From positions 322,300 to 386,299 of the forward strand of contig NMRA01000288.1 in NCBI GenBank assembly GCA_002633005.1: a DNA stretch of 64,000 nucleotides, in the 5' to 3' direction. The stretch's first letter is position 1. Each line of letters starts with the position of its first letter. Shown piece by piece: positions 63,725 through 64,000 of this stretch. The notes below the pieces were generated by a model, which did no database searches, had not been told where the DNA came from, and was given only the letters and a program-made list of their open reading frames with translations. A program made the translations under genes and the position numbers. The stretch is from Phoronis australis. Lineage: Eukaryota > Animalia > Phoronida.

Positions 63725-64000
63725 GAAAACACTAAGAACAAATTTATTGATATCAGTCTGTTTTTTATTCACTGGTTTAAAAACACCGGTGTTTCCAACA
63801 GTTCCAGATCTAGTACAGTACAACACAAAGTAACCAGACAAAATGTCGAGCCCAGTAAAATTTTTCGTTTGATACAAGCAGGTTTGCCACACCAATTTCA
63901 GACACCCATTCAAGCACTTTTTGTTATAAACTAGACCTGCAGCACAATTGTCTCATCTTGGAGAACACGAACTCACAGTGATTCTATGCATAACACGTTA

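Noticed and set aside
63563-63913. ORF with a His-Thr repeat
   Set aside because: It is the translation of the (GT)n microsatellite, with no other coding signal.

Overview
Eukaryotic, AT-rich, intron-containing genomic DNA from an invertebrate animal (probably a bilaterian), not a prokaryote, so most ORFs in the six-frame track are noise or single exons. Stitching exons at GT-AG sites with consistent phases gives six genes. They are the 3' part of LRRC59 (+), an ATG4A/B-type cysteine protease (-), a THAP-less nitrobindin of the THAP4 family (+), a small TEX12-like synaptonemal-complex gene (+) that is almost invisible in the ORF track, ST13/HIP (-) and XPNPEP3 (+). ATG4B/THAP4 and ST13/XPNPEP3 are both head-to-head pairs in human, and both arrangements are present here in one 55-kb block. 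Introns and intergenic DNA hold a decayed CR1-group LINE, a LINE ORF1 remnant, tRNA-derived SINEs, several MITE families (Kolobok-like TTAA, hAT-like with 5-6 bp TSDs, Tigger-like TA, HINE-like) and minisatellites. Two single-N joins duplicate allelic sequence, and one of them exposes a THAP-encoding Kolobok insertion present in only one copy. I found no clearly novel multi-gene system. Homology calls rest on remembered motifs and sequences and need database confirmation.
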